Source: Octopus sinensis
Lineage: Eukaryota
DNA length: 64,000 bases
Reading direction: 5' to 3'
Assembly (NCBI RefSeq): GCF_006345805.1
Contig: NC_042997.1
Span: forward strand, 59,396,001 to 59,460,000
Under the pieces are notes generated by a model. That model was not told the origin of the DNA. It was given only the letters and a program-made list of their open reading frames with translations, and made no database searches. Each line of letters starts with the position of its first letter. Position 1 is the stretch's first letter. Shown here piece after piece: positions 36,936 to 47,247 of the stretch. Made by a program: the position numbers and the translations under genes.

Positions 36936-37784
36936 AACAACAAACAAGATGAGGAGAAATATATGTCAAATGTAAATAATGTAAATAATTCCTCTTCTCT
37001 TACATACAGAACTGTATAAACCTTGGGTGGTTTATATACTGCATGAAAACCTGCTTTAATGACTTCCAGCTCTATGACAATAGAAAGACGTTTGTGAGTT
37101 TATAAAAATGTATTCATTAGTTGAACCATCCCACCTCTTATTCACACACACCTACACAGAGTTTTATATAGAAAAAAATATTGCAAATTAAACAAAGATG
37201 ATAAATTTTATTCTCTAATCGAATAACTTCCAAAATTAAATATTTTATATAACAGCTTAAGTTGGTGTTGGCATATTTAATGCAAGGAGCCTGCTAATAC
37301 GTGTTGAATCATATCCAACGTATGAGAATTACAAACAGAAGTCAATAGGAAACAAGATAAAAAATAAGCCAACAAGGAAGCCTCTATGAGTTGATAAACC
37401 TGCTAGTAATAGCAAACAAATTTCCTTCAGATCACAACCTATTGCAGATTTTAACTAATATTTTTCACCCTTGGGTAACCCTGGAAATAAATTTCATGTA
37501 ACAAGCAACCTTTAGTTAAAAGGTATAATAAGTCTTTATTAATCTTTTTTCGTAATAAAGTTAAATGTCATAAGCCAAACAGTATGTATTTTTCTGATGA
37601 CTAGTTTAATGTGGGTGGTTGGGAAGACATAAGTATTTCTCAAGTGTACTGACAATGCAAAAAATTAGCAGATATCAAACTGCTTGTTCAAAAGATTTCA
37701 TAAGGTTTTCATTTGTTATCGTCATTATCATTGCTCCTGCTACCACCACCTTTGCAACCATCACCACCACCATCATTATTTTAA

Positions 37785-38240
37785 TGTTCACTTTCCCATG
37801 AGTCAGATGGAATTTGTTGAGGTAGATTTTCTATAGCTGAATGTCCTTGTTGCCAACCTTCACAAAGCTTTGGTCAGCGCAGAGCTATAGTGGAAGACAC
37901 TTGCCCAAAGTGTCACACAGTGGGGTTGAACCCCAGACCATGTGATTGGGAAGACGTCTGTTGTATATATATATAGATATGTTTGTATCTGTGCATGTGT
38001 GTGTGTACTCTTGTCTTGACATCACATGAATGTTGTAAAGGAGCATCACCACCATACAGGTGATGTTTGTTTCCAGTCTTCTGTGAAAAGCATGTCTGGC
38101 CTTGGGGGAATATTATCTTTCTTGGAAACAAGTGAAGACTGGTAAAAGGAAAAACATCCAACAGTAGCAAATCTGTCTCAACAAATTCTGTCTGATCCAT
38201 GCAAACAAGGAAAAGAGCTCATTAAACAAAAATGATGATG
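37785..38240. mobile_element. Cluster of decayed SINE/RTE-tail fragments
   Basis: Family A head on the minus strand (~37860-37950) and an RTE-like tail ending ATGATGATG (~38130-38240). Confidence 0.6.
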
Positions 38241-38282
38241 ACAAAAAATTTTATATATAAATATATACATATAGTAGAAACA

Positions 38283-38605
38283 TGGAGGCAAAATGGCCCA
38301 GTGGTTAGGGCAGCGGACTCACGGTCGTAGGATCGTGGTTTCGATTCTCAGACCGGGCATTGTGAGTGTTTATTGAGCGAAAACACCTAAAGCTCCACGA
38401 GGCTCCGGCAGGGAGTGGTGGCGATCCCTGCTGTATTCTTTCACCACAACTTTCTCTCGCTCTTTCTTCTGTTGGCCTGCTCGCTTATCTAGTGGGGTGG
38501 CGTTATTCGAAGGCTAAAACAATGCGAAGCGCATTGTGACCAGTGATCTGTAGCAACATCAGATAGCCTGGTCAGTCACGGTGATCACGGTGGTCAATGT
38601 GAATG
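38283..38605 (+). mobile_element. tRNA-derived SINE family C2 with 14-bp TSD
   Basis: Same 5' ~180 bp as 19415-19722 but a different tail. TSD ATATAGTAGAAACA at 38269-38282 and 38606-38619. Confidence 0.92.
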
Positions 38606-38657
38606 ATATAGTAGAAACAATGAATATGGAAGATAGAGTATACTGGAAACTTTATTT

Positions 38658-38768
38658 ATCACAACAATCGTTTTGACACATCCTGTATTGCTTCCTTGCA
38701 GGTAGGAAAACTATATAAGGAATTACAGTGCACCCCATGGTGTAGAAGCAGCTCATCCATCAGGTGAT
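38658..38768 (-). ncRNA. Degenerate hammerhead with long stem II region, family HH-E
   Basis: Minus strand ATCAC-CTGATG(GATG)A...TC-AAAA-CGATTG-TT-GTGAT. Perfect 5-bp stem I. CpG-type decay of GAAA and of the stem III palindrome. Confidence 0.5.
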
Positions 38769-39499
38769 GTAATCCAGTTTCTCATTACATAAATAAGGTT
38801 TCACTCTTAAACTTAACTAGAGCGTGTTGATAGTAGTTGTATCTAAAATATATTCCACATCCATTGTTTCAACTATATTCAACTTGCACTATACTCATCA
38901 TGCACTGGTCAAGCAGAAATTGCGCAATTACTGTGGATGATGCCAGGTTGCCATAGGCAGTGAATGTGCTTTGCAGGCATGCTACTAGGGACATACCCAA
39001 AATGCAGTTTAGATTTTAAATTTAAACCTAAACTTTTATTTTAACTTAAATATATAACATTTTGAACAAAATATTTTGTGATATTTGTCCTGCCCAAGTT
39101 TCACCAACACTTCATTGTCATTCTAACCATCATCAAATACAGCAAATTAATGAATGGCTCATTGGAAACCTGTAACCAGTAATGCTATTCTTCACAAAAT
39201 ATGATATAAAAATGAATACATCTATCATTGCCAAATTCCTACTTAATAGCATCTGGTAATTCCTCCCCACCACGCCTTCATTTAATTGCAGAGTTAAATA
39301 AACAAGCAAACAAATACAGAAGAAAAAAAGAAAAGAAAAAAGAAGCCAACATACAAAATAAAGAAATTTCTCTTCTTTTTTTTTTTCATTTTGTTGTTTT
39401 CTAAGCCAAGAATAGTTAAGAAGACATGGGATGTTTGAGGTGTTAGCAGTCCCAAATGAATAAGAATCATATTTTAAGTGACATGAAATAAAGTTATGA

Positions 39500-39845
39500 T
39501 TAGCAGGAAGTAAAAAGGAAAGAAGTAGCAGAATGAAGGAAAGAAAGAAGGATGGGCAGTAGACCAAAAAAAGGAAAGGGAAAATGGAAATAAAAAAGAC
39601 AAATAGCTACAACACTAATCATAATAAGGTACTGTATAAAACCAACTAAAACTTTTCAGGAGGAGGAAGTAAAAAAAAAAATGAAAAGGAGCAGAAAGAA
39701 TAAGAATAAACTGGAAGCCCATGAAGAGAACAAAAAAAGACATAGAAGATATAAAAGATGAAGGAAAAGAGGAAGAGAATCACAAGAAAAAACAACAAAA
39801 AATCAGGAACGAAGAAAAGATGTAGGTGGGAAAAGAACAAAAGGT
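39500..39845 (+). repeat. Purine-rich low-complexity tract
   Basis: Largely A/G on the + strand. Confidence 0.8.
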
Positions 39846-39857
39846 AGTCTATCTTTT

Positions 39858-40450
39858 AACTTTTACTTGTTTCAGTCATTGGACTGCAGCCATGCTGGGG
39901 CACTACCTTGAAGGATTTTGGTCAAATAAGTTGCCGTTACTGCTTTATTTTTGTTAAAGTCTGACACTTATTCTGTCAGTCTCTTTTGCCAAACTGCTAG
40001 GTAACAGGGACGTAAACAAACCAACACCAGTTGTCAAACACAAACACATTGACACACACACACTTAGTTGTGTTCTTGAGCAAAACACTTCATTTCATGT
40101 TGCTCTGCAATCATTTTGTCGTCTAATGTGTGGCACACTTGTATACCTATGCAGGCAATGTCGATTTGATGGAGTGAACTAATGTACAGCACATACATTT
40201 GATCACCATAAATGAATCATTTCTGCAGGTTGTTCAGCATAAACTGAATACTCATATGTCATCTTCAATGGGAGATCCATCATATATATGTATAAGGCAG
40301 GTTTCTTCCAGTTTCCATGAATCAAATCTACTAACAAGGCTTTGGTGAGCCTGGGGCTATAGTAGAAGACACTTGCTGACAGTTCCACACAGTAGATCTG
40401 AGCCCAGAACCATATGGTTAAGAAGCAAATTTCTTACCACACAGCTACGA
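39858..40450 (-). mobile_element. SINE family A with a nested opposite-strand SINE (family D, ~40065-40280)
   Basis: The family A halves flank TTGTGTTCTTGAGCAAAACACTTCATTTCATGTTGCTC..., which is homologous to the reverse complement of 50260-50480. Confidence 0.75.
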
Positions 40451-40469
40451 CTGTACCTAATGATTTTTT

Positions 40470-40680
40470 CATGTCATCATCCATCATCATTTAATGCCCA
40501 TTGTCCATGCTGGCATAGGTTGGACAATTTGGCCAGAGCTGGCAAGCTGGGGAGTTGCACCAGACTCCAGTATAATTTGGCATGGTTTCTATGGCTGGAT
40601 ACCCTTCCTAATGCCAACCACTTTACAAAGTGTGCTGGGTGCTTTTATGTGTCATTGCATGGGTACCTTTACATGGAAAG
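40470..40680 (-). mobile_element. Old RTE 3' end
   Basis: CATCATCATTTAATGCCC...GGATACCCTTCCTAATGCCAACCAC. Confidence 0.75.
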
Positions 40681-40722
40681 AACTGAAATGGATCAATAAA
40701 ATTATTTTTAAAAAATAAGTTT

Positions 40723-41396
40723 CGAAATCGAAACCGAATTGAACCAGCCAGGATCCCTGGCCTGGTGGTACGTAAAAAGCACTATCCGACTCGTGGCCGT
40801 GGCACGTAAAATACTCCAATGCGACCGTACGACAGGCACCCATGCCAACCCCCTTTGCTTGTGAAGACATGTTGGGGCAAGCGAAATCGAAATCGAATTG
40901 AACCAGCCAGGATCCCTGGTCTGGTGGTACGTAAAAAGCACTATCCGACTCGTGGCCGTGGCACGTAAAATACTCCAATGCGACCGTACGACAGGCACCC
41001 ATGCCAACCCCCTTTGCTTGTGAAGACATGTTGGGGCAAGCGAAATCGAAATCGAATTGAACCAGCCAGGATCCCTGGTCTGGTGGTACGTAAAAAGCAC
41101 TATCCGACTCGTGGCCGATGCCAGCACCGCCTCGACTGGCTTCCGTGCCGGTGGCACATAAAATACACCAATCTGACCGTGGCCGTTGCCAGCCCCGCCT
41201 GGCACCTGTGCAGGTGGCACGTAAAAAGCACCCACTACACTCACGGAGTGGTTGGCGTTAGGAAGGGCATCCAGCTGTAGAAACATTGCCAGATTAGACT
41301 GGAGCCTGGTGCAGCCTTCTGGCTTCCCAGAACCCCGGTCGAACCGTCCAACCCATGCTAGCATGGAGAACGGACGTTAAACGATGATGATGATGA
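40723..41396 (+). mobile_element. Young RTE 3' UTR fragment with ~2.5 tandem copies of a ~159-bp unit
   Basis: Units start near 40723, 40882 and 41041. Ends GGACGTTAAACGATGATGATG. Confidence 0.9.
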
Positions 41397-41843
41397 AGTT
41401 AAAGGGTTTGTTTGTATTCAATACTGTATGCAAAAAATTCTTAATTGAAATTTGATTCTTAATTTGAGAAAGACAAATAAAAACCTGGAGGTAATTGTGA
41501 CACTCAAAGAAAAAGGGATATAATTTCTAGAAATTAAGTGTTAATATCTCAGAGTTGATTTACATGTTTACAGGAAAAAATGTCTGATCATTGTTTACAG
41601 TTAAGGACAACTATGGATATGTCTTCATCACTAGCATAGTATAGTCTACATAATCCTGCTTGATCAGTTGAGAAAGGCTTACATATTGAAAAGAAAAATT
41701 ATAAATACTTGTTGGTCAGTATAATTTCTTTTTTTACACTGGCAATAAGGTCACACATAGGGAGGGAGCTCAGTTATTATTCCAGTCACATCTAGGATAC
41801 ACTGTAGGAATCTAAAGCCATGTATTTGACAGATATTTTATTC

Positions 41844-42181
41844 CAGTGGTTCTCAACTATGGTCTACATGACTCCTGGGGATCCATATAAGATTTATAGG
41901 GGTCCATGCAAACAAAATAGTAAATCGAGGATCCACAGTAGTATTTTAAGGGTCAATGGAAAGGTTTGTTTTAAATGCATATATTGTAAGAAACAGCAAG
42001 GTTTCTTTCTCTAACATTTTACATAGTTCAACCTATACAAGTGATGAGTGAATAACAAAAGAGGAATTTTGAAAGAAGCATCTATAAAATTAGTTTTTAA
42101 ACATCGAATAGCTATGGGGGTCCACCAGAATAAAATAGTAAATAAAGGGGTCCATAAGCAAAAAATGGTTGAGGACTACTG
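41844..42181. mobile_element. hAT (Charlie/Buster-type) MITE
   Basis: TIRs CAGTGGTTCTCAAC / GTTGAGGACTACTG. 8-bp flanks TTTTATTC / CTTTATTG with central TA. Confidence 0.8.
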
Positions 42182-42444
42182 CTTTATTGTCTTAAGCACC
42201 AAAATAACTAGAAATTAACCTCAGTGGGTCTCAAACACATGACATGGAAGTGTCAGCAGACACAGTAAAGCATTTTGACACTCACTCCTATTTCAGCAAT
42301 TGAGACAAATTCTGTGAGGAAAGGACAAAGTGATTAAAGTACCCCTCTCCTCAACTCTGGTATTTGACTGGTGTTTATTATAGTGATTCAGAAAGAATGA
42401 AAGTAACAGTTAAGCTTAGTGAATTTCAAACTCAAGTAGTGTCC

Positions 42445-42600
42445 CAGATATGCCTGTGCAATTAAGAAATTTACTTCCCAACCATGTGGCTTTGGGTTCA
42501 ATCCCACTGTGAGACACCTTGAGCAAATGTCTGCTATAGCCACAAGTTGACCAAAGCCTTGTGAATGAATTTAGTAGAGGGAAACTGAAAGAAACCTTAT
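42445..42600 (+). mobile_element. SINE family A 5' half
   Basis: GGGTTCAATCCCACTGTGAGACACCTTGAGCAAATGTCT. Confidence 0.75.
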
Positions 42601-42672
42601 CTGTCTATCTATCTATCTACATACATACATATCTAAACATGTACGTATATACACATACATATATACACACAT

Positions 42673-42712
<40 letters not shown>

Positions 42713-42717
<5 letters not shown>

Positions 42718-43170
42718 GCTATGGTGAATAAATTGTCGTCTAAATTACACAAAAATGAAAATAATACTGACTTCTCAATATAACAAATATATTTACCAAA
42801 ATTACATAAAAATATCTTGAAATACTAAAGAGTAAATTTACTCAATAAGATCGCCATTGGCTTCAACCACAGTCAACAGTCTCCTTGCTTAAGTTAGTGA
42901 TAATCCTTGCCTTCAGTTCATCTTTGGTGTTAGGACTTTTGTTAGTCACTCTCTCAACTGTACCCTACAAAATAATCAAGGGGGTTACAGTTTGGGGAGT
43001 TAGGTGGCCAGAGTTTAGGGGTGATGTGGTCACAGAAATTGTCTGACAGCCATAACTGGGTTCTCCTGCTTGTGTAGCATGGTGCAGAGCCCTGTTGCCA
43101 GACATAAGGTCTTCCAGAAGCCACTCTCTTGATCCAGGGCAGCACTACCTCCTCCAGGCAACTGATGTAG
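42713..43170 (-). mobile_element. Tc1/mariner (DD37D/maT-like) 3' fragment with terminus
   Basis: YVWQQGSAPCYTS...WPPNSPNCNPLDYFV. Terminus TA-CAGG lies in a (TA)n tract. Confidence 0.85.
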
Positions 43171-44213
43171 TCTACGGCTGTATGCTACGCATATCTGCAC
43201 TAGTTCTGCCCCCTAAACATACATACCACTCCAACTATGAAGAGAAGAGAGGGTGAAGCCCATAAACTGACTACAGTCTGTCTAGCCTATGTGAAATGTT
43301 TCTCCGAAAAGATACAAACGATATGCGACCCATATGACATCAGGACAATATTCAAGAGTAATACAACACTTCACAAATATTCAAGAGTAATACAACACTT
43401 TCCAAATATCTCCACCAATAGAAGAGAATATGACCAAAGATTGCATGTACTCCATCCCATGCAGCTGTGGTAGGTTATACAAAGGTGAAACATGCCGCCC
43501 CCTCAATATAAGTGTAGAGGAAATTCGTTAAGTTATGACATGAGGAGATATTGATAAATTGGGTATAGTTGATCATGTATGGAAAAATGGAGACCACCTC
43601 CCCCTGTGGGATTAAGTTAAAATAATAGACAGAGAACACCACTGGAAAATACGAAAACTAAAAGAGGCAGCACATATGCTAGGACATAATAACCTCCTAT
43701 GTGAAATGTTTCTCCGAAAAGATACAAAAGATATGCGACCCATATGACATCAGGACAATATTCAAGAGTAATACAACACTTCACAAATATTCAAGAGTAA
43801 TACAACACTTTCCAAATATCTCCACCAATAGAAGAGAATATGACCAAAGATTGCATGTACTCCATCCCATGCAGCTGTGGTAGGTTATACAAAGGTGAAA
43901 CATGCCGCCCCCTCAATATAAGTGTAGAGGAAATTCGTTAAGTTATGACATGAGGAGATATTGATAAATCGGGTATAGTTGATCATGTATGGAAAAATGG
44001 AGACCACCTCCCCGTGTGGGATTAAGTTAAAATAATAGACAGAGAACACCACTGGAAAATACGAAAACTAAAAGAGGCAGCACATATGCTAGGACATAAT
44101 AACCTCCTAAGCAGACCTAGTGCAGATATGAGTAGCATATGGGAACCAGTATTAAGGAAGGATAGGAAAATATTAGATTTATAAGCCCTAAAATTCACCC
44201 CATAATTACCCAT

Positions 44214-44286
44214 GGTCATATGGTGTAGTGGTTAAGAGTGTGGGCTACTAACCCCAACATTCCAAGTCCAAATCCAGGCAATGACA
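44214..44286 (+). other. tRNA-like module inside Penelope 3' region/pLTR
   Basis: GGTCATA-TGGTGTAGTGGTTAAGAG-TGTGGG-CTACTAA-CCC...CAATGAC. Confidence 0.7.
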
Positions 44287-44338
44287 TGAATAATAATAAT
44301 AATAATATTGGAAAAATACCTTAGGAATGAGAAACCAG

Positions 44339-44385
44339 GACACCTGATGAAGGTTAGAGAGTACATCAGCCAAAACGTAGTTAAC
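44339..44385 (+). ncRNA. Degenerate hammerhead motif, family HH-A
   Basis: GACAC-CTGATGA-AGGTTAG...CAGCC-AAAA-CGTAG. GAAA lost by a CpG-type change. Confidence 0.6.
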
Positions 44386-44649
44386 AACAAAGATAAGGAC
44401 AAATATCCGTCAAATGTAAATAATATATATAATTCCTCATCTCTAAAATATAGAAATATATATACATACACATATATAAAAATGCACATTCACATATATG
44501 CACACACACATATTAATTTTGGGGACACTAAATAGCTTTGAATGTATGTGGATTTGGTGGATGGAATCTGACAGCAGCATGTATAATGATATTTAACACA
44601 GTTCATATGTCTGTGAGTACCTGTGTGTGACATGAAAAGACATATTTTG

Positions 44650-45193
44650 TAGAAGTTGTCCTGAGAGGAAAAATTCTCCTTATAGACAATATGTGTGCAA
44701 AACACATCATTGGATTATGAATGATGTCACTGGACCATAGGATGTAGGTGTCTTTGTGTTATCAGTTACAGATACAACGTTGTCATTCATAGCCTAATGG
44801 TGTTTCTCACACATATATAGTCTATAAGGAGAGATTTCCTTCTATTGAGACAATTTCTGCAGCATTGTCTTTTTATGTTTGAGTGTACACAAACATGTTA
44901 AACATGACTATACACACTTATGTATCCTTCAATGCAGCCTAGTGCACCTCTAGTTAAGTAATTCCAGCTTGACAAAGTTTTGCACACATCAGAAAATGTA
45001 TTACTCATAGTTGTAATATTAGACCATTAAGATTTTAGTGGCATTGAACAATGACCCAGTATCTGTTGCTGATGACACATAACAATGGAGAAATGCATGT
45101 GTTCTCTCATCTGATGATGTTATTCATAGACCAATGTTGCGTTTTTAACACCTATAGTTTATAAGGAGAATTTTTTCTTTTGAGACAATTTCT
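44650..45193. repeat. Decayed inverted-repeat element(s)
   Basis: AAAATTCTCCTTATAGAC (~44670) is inverted against GTCTATAAGGAGAGATTT (~44820) and GTTTATAAGGAGAATTTT (~45157). Confidence 0.55.
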
Positions 45194-45256
45194 TCAGAAT
45201 ATATATTTCCATTTCTGAGTCTTCAAGAAAATGTTAAATATGATTGTGCACACACA

Positions 45257-45294
<38 letters not shown>

Positions 45295-45614
45295 TGTGTG
45301 TGTGTGTGTTTGTGTTTCCTAGTATTGATATTGTGTGATAGTTGCAAATGAGTGTTGTTGTCAGACTGGTGAGTGACTTTTTTTTCCAGTCTTCTATGAA
45401 AACATGTCTGGTCATGGGGAAGTTTTCCCTTGCTTGGAAATAAATTAAGGTTAGTGTCATAAAGGGTATCTGGTCAGACAAAAAAAAATCTGCCTTGACA
45501 AATTCTGGCTGATGCATACAAGCATGGAAAAGTGGATGTTAAAACAACAATGATGATGAAAAGGAGGAGGGAGAGATGGGGAGGATGTTTTGCAACTACA
45601 TAAGTTTGATGGTA

Positions 45615-46160
45615 TCATCATCATCATCATCGTTTAACGTCCGTTTTCCATGCTAGCATGGGTTGGACAGTTCGACTGGGGTCTGGAAAGCCTGGAGGCT
45701 GTGCCAGGCTCTAGTCTGATCTGGCAGTGTTTGTACAGCTGGATGCCCTTCATAACGCCAACCACTCCATGAGTGTAGTGGGTGCTTCGTATGTGCCATC
45801 AGCACAGGGGCCAGAGGAGGCTGGCAAACAGCCATGATTGGTTGATGCTTTTTACGTGTCATCGACATGGACACCAGTCAGGCAGCGCTGGCATCAGCCA
45901 TGTTCGGATGGTGCTTTTGACGTGTCACCGACACGGACACCAGTAAGGCAGCGCTGGCATCAGCCATGTTCGGATGGTGCTTTATACGTGCCAGGTTCAT
46001 CATCATCATCATTTAATGTCCCTGTTCTATGCTAGCATGGGTTAGACAGCTTGAAAGGACAGCATCATCTTCTAGTGTTTGCTTTGGGATGGTTATTACA
46101 GTTGGATGTCAATCACTTTACAATGCCAATCACTTTACAACATGTAATGGGTGCCTTTCT
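45615..46160 (-). mobile_element. Two adjacent RTE 3' ends
   Basis: (CAT)n-CGTTTAACGTCC tails at ~45615 and ~45998. Internal ~62-bp tandem repeat at ~45850-45985. Confidence 0.85.
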
Positions 46161-46689
46161 TCATGCTATAGAAGCAGTACTACAAGACTGATACAAATGT
46201 TATAGACTCCCAAAGGGATTACAGACAAAGTAAACTTGATGTGATTTAAAATCAAAACAAACTTCATTGTTCAGTGCAAACTACTAAGTAAAATTAAATA
46301 AAATAATTAACAACAAAAGCAGCCAGAGTTTGAAAAGAGCTAGCAGCAGTCAAACCAAGAGAAAACAATACAAAGAGAAATAAGATGATCAAACTTTTAC
46401 ACAACCACCACAACAGCAATAACAACAGTAACTGCTACAGTAATAGGTAGTCAGTGAAGAAAGATACAATTTGAGGCAGTCAGGTCAGCAACAGTGGCTG
46501 GTTATTTTTATCTGCTTCTTAATCATACATTTTCAGTGCACAACCTAGCAGCGTCGGTTTCCTGATTAGAGTTAGTAGGAGATGTAGGGAAGAGAGAGAG
46601 AGAGTGTTGTGTGTGTGCATGCATATAGTGTATATGCATCAAAAGAGACAGAGGGAAGCATGCTTATGGGTATATATATATTACTCACT

Positions 46690-46931
46690 CACATATATGC
46701 ATACTACATAATGTGTATATATAAACACATACATCATAAATCATATATGTATACACACACAGATATATAGATATATATACATACATACACACACAGATAT
46801 ATATGCATACACACACAGATATATATATATTATATATATATATACATACACACAGATATATATATATACATACACACAGATATATATATATACATACACA
46901 CAGATATATATATACATACACACAGATATAT

Positions 46932-46987
<56 letters not shown>

Positions 46988-47050
46988 CATATACATACAT
47001 ACACACAGATATATAGATATATATATACATATGCAGATATATATATATAG
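46690..47050. repeat. Compound (TA)/(CA)/CAGA microsatellite-minisatellite
   Basis: Seen directly. Confidence 0.95.
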
Positions 47051-47231
47051 GGAGAGTTTACGAAAAAAACAAAAGACGAAGACAGGTGGAGTATATAACA
47101 AACAGATGTATTAGTATAATGCTCAGGAATAGAAAAAGTCTTTTACATTTCGAGCCTACGCTCTTCTACAGAAAGGGACACAGAAAAAACAAGGAGAGAA
47201 AAAAATGTGTGTAGTGGCTAACAATCTATCA
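47050..47231 (-). mobile_element. Solo pseudo-LTR-like unit in (TA)n containing a hammerhead variant (HH-C, 47140-47175)
   Basis: Minus strand CTTT-CTGTAGA-A-GAGC GTAG GCTC-GAAA-TG-TA-AAAG. Confidence 0.65.
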
Positions 47232-47247
47232 TATATATATATATATA

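Larger units (their letters stand above)
36327..37017 (-). mobile_element. Internally deleted Penelope/Poseidon-like element with inverted pseudo-LTR
   Basis: Minus strand RT-thumb motif GFRTSIYRKPTSTERYLNFSSHHPFSVKR (~36720-36810) is fused to the GIY-YIG end, a tRNA-like module and the pLTR. An inverted pLTR lies at ~36857-37017. Flanks are AAACCTTAGGTGG / AAACCTTGGGTGG. Confidence 0.85.
43172..44456 (+). mobile_element. Penelope/Poseidon-like element 3' part (GIY-YIG pseudogene, tRNA-like module, pLTR) with a 410-bp tandem duplication
   Basis: LAYVKCFSEKIQ, YSIPCSCGRLYKGETCRPL, DHVWKNGDH and REHHWKIRKLKEA. Same 3' region as 36327-36700. Confidence 0.9.

Noticed and set aside
39133-39840. 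Hydrophobic F/L-rich ORFs resembling membrane proteins
   Set aside because: Artefact of the purine-rich low-complexity strand.
40708-41364. 218-aa ORF with internal repeats
   Set aside because: Antisense to an RTE 3' UTR, and the repeats come from the ~159-bp tandem unit.
44214-44286. Functional tRNA-Ser(ACT) gene
   Set aside because: Arms are mismatched, there is no long variable arm, and it is embedded in a retroelement. Kept only as a tRNA-like module.
45850-45990. Repeat-spacer-like pattern suggesting a CRISPR array
   Set aside because: Tandem modules of an RTE 3' UTR in eukaryotic DNA, with no unique spacers or cas genes.
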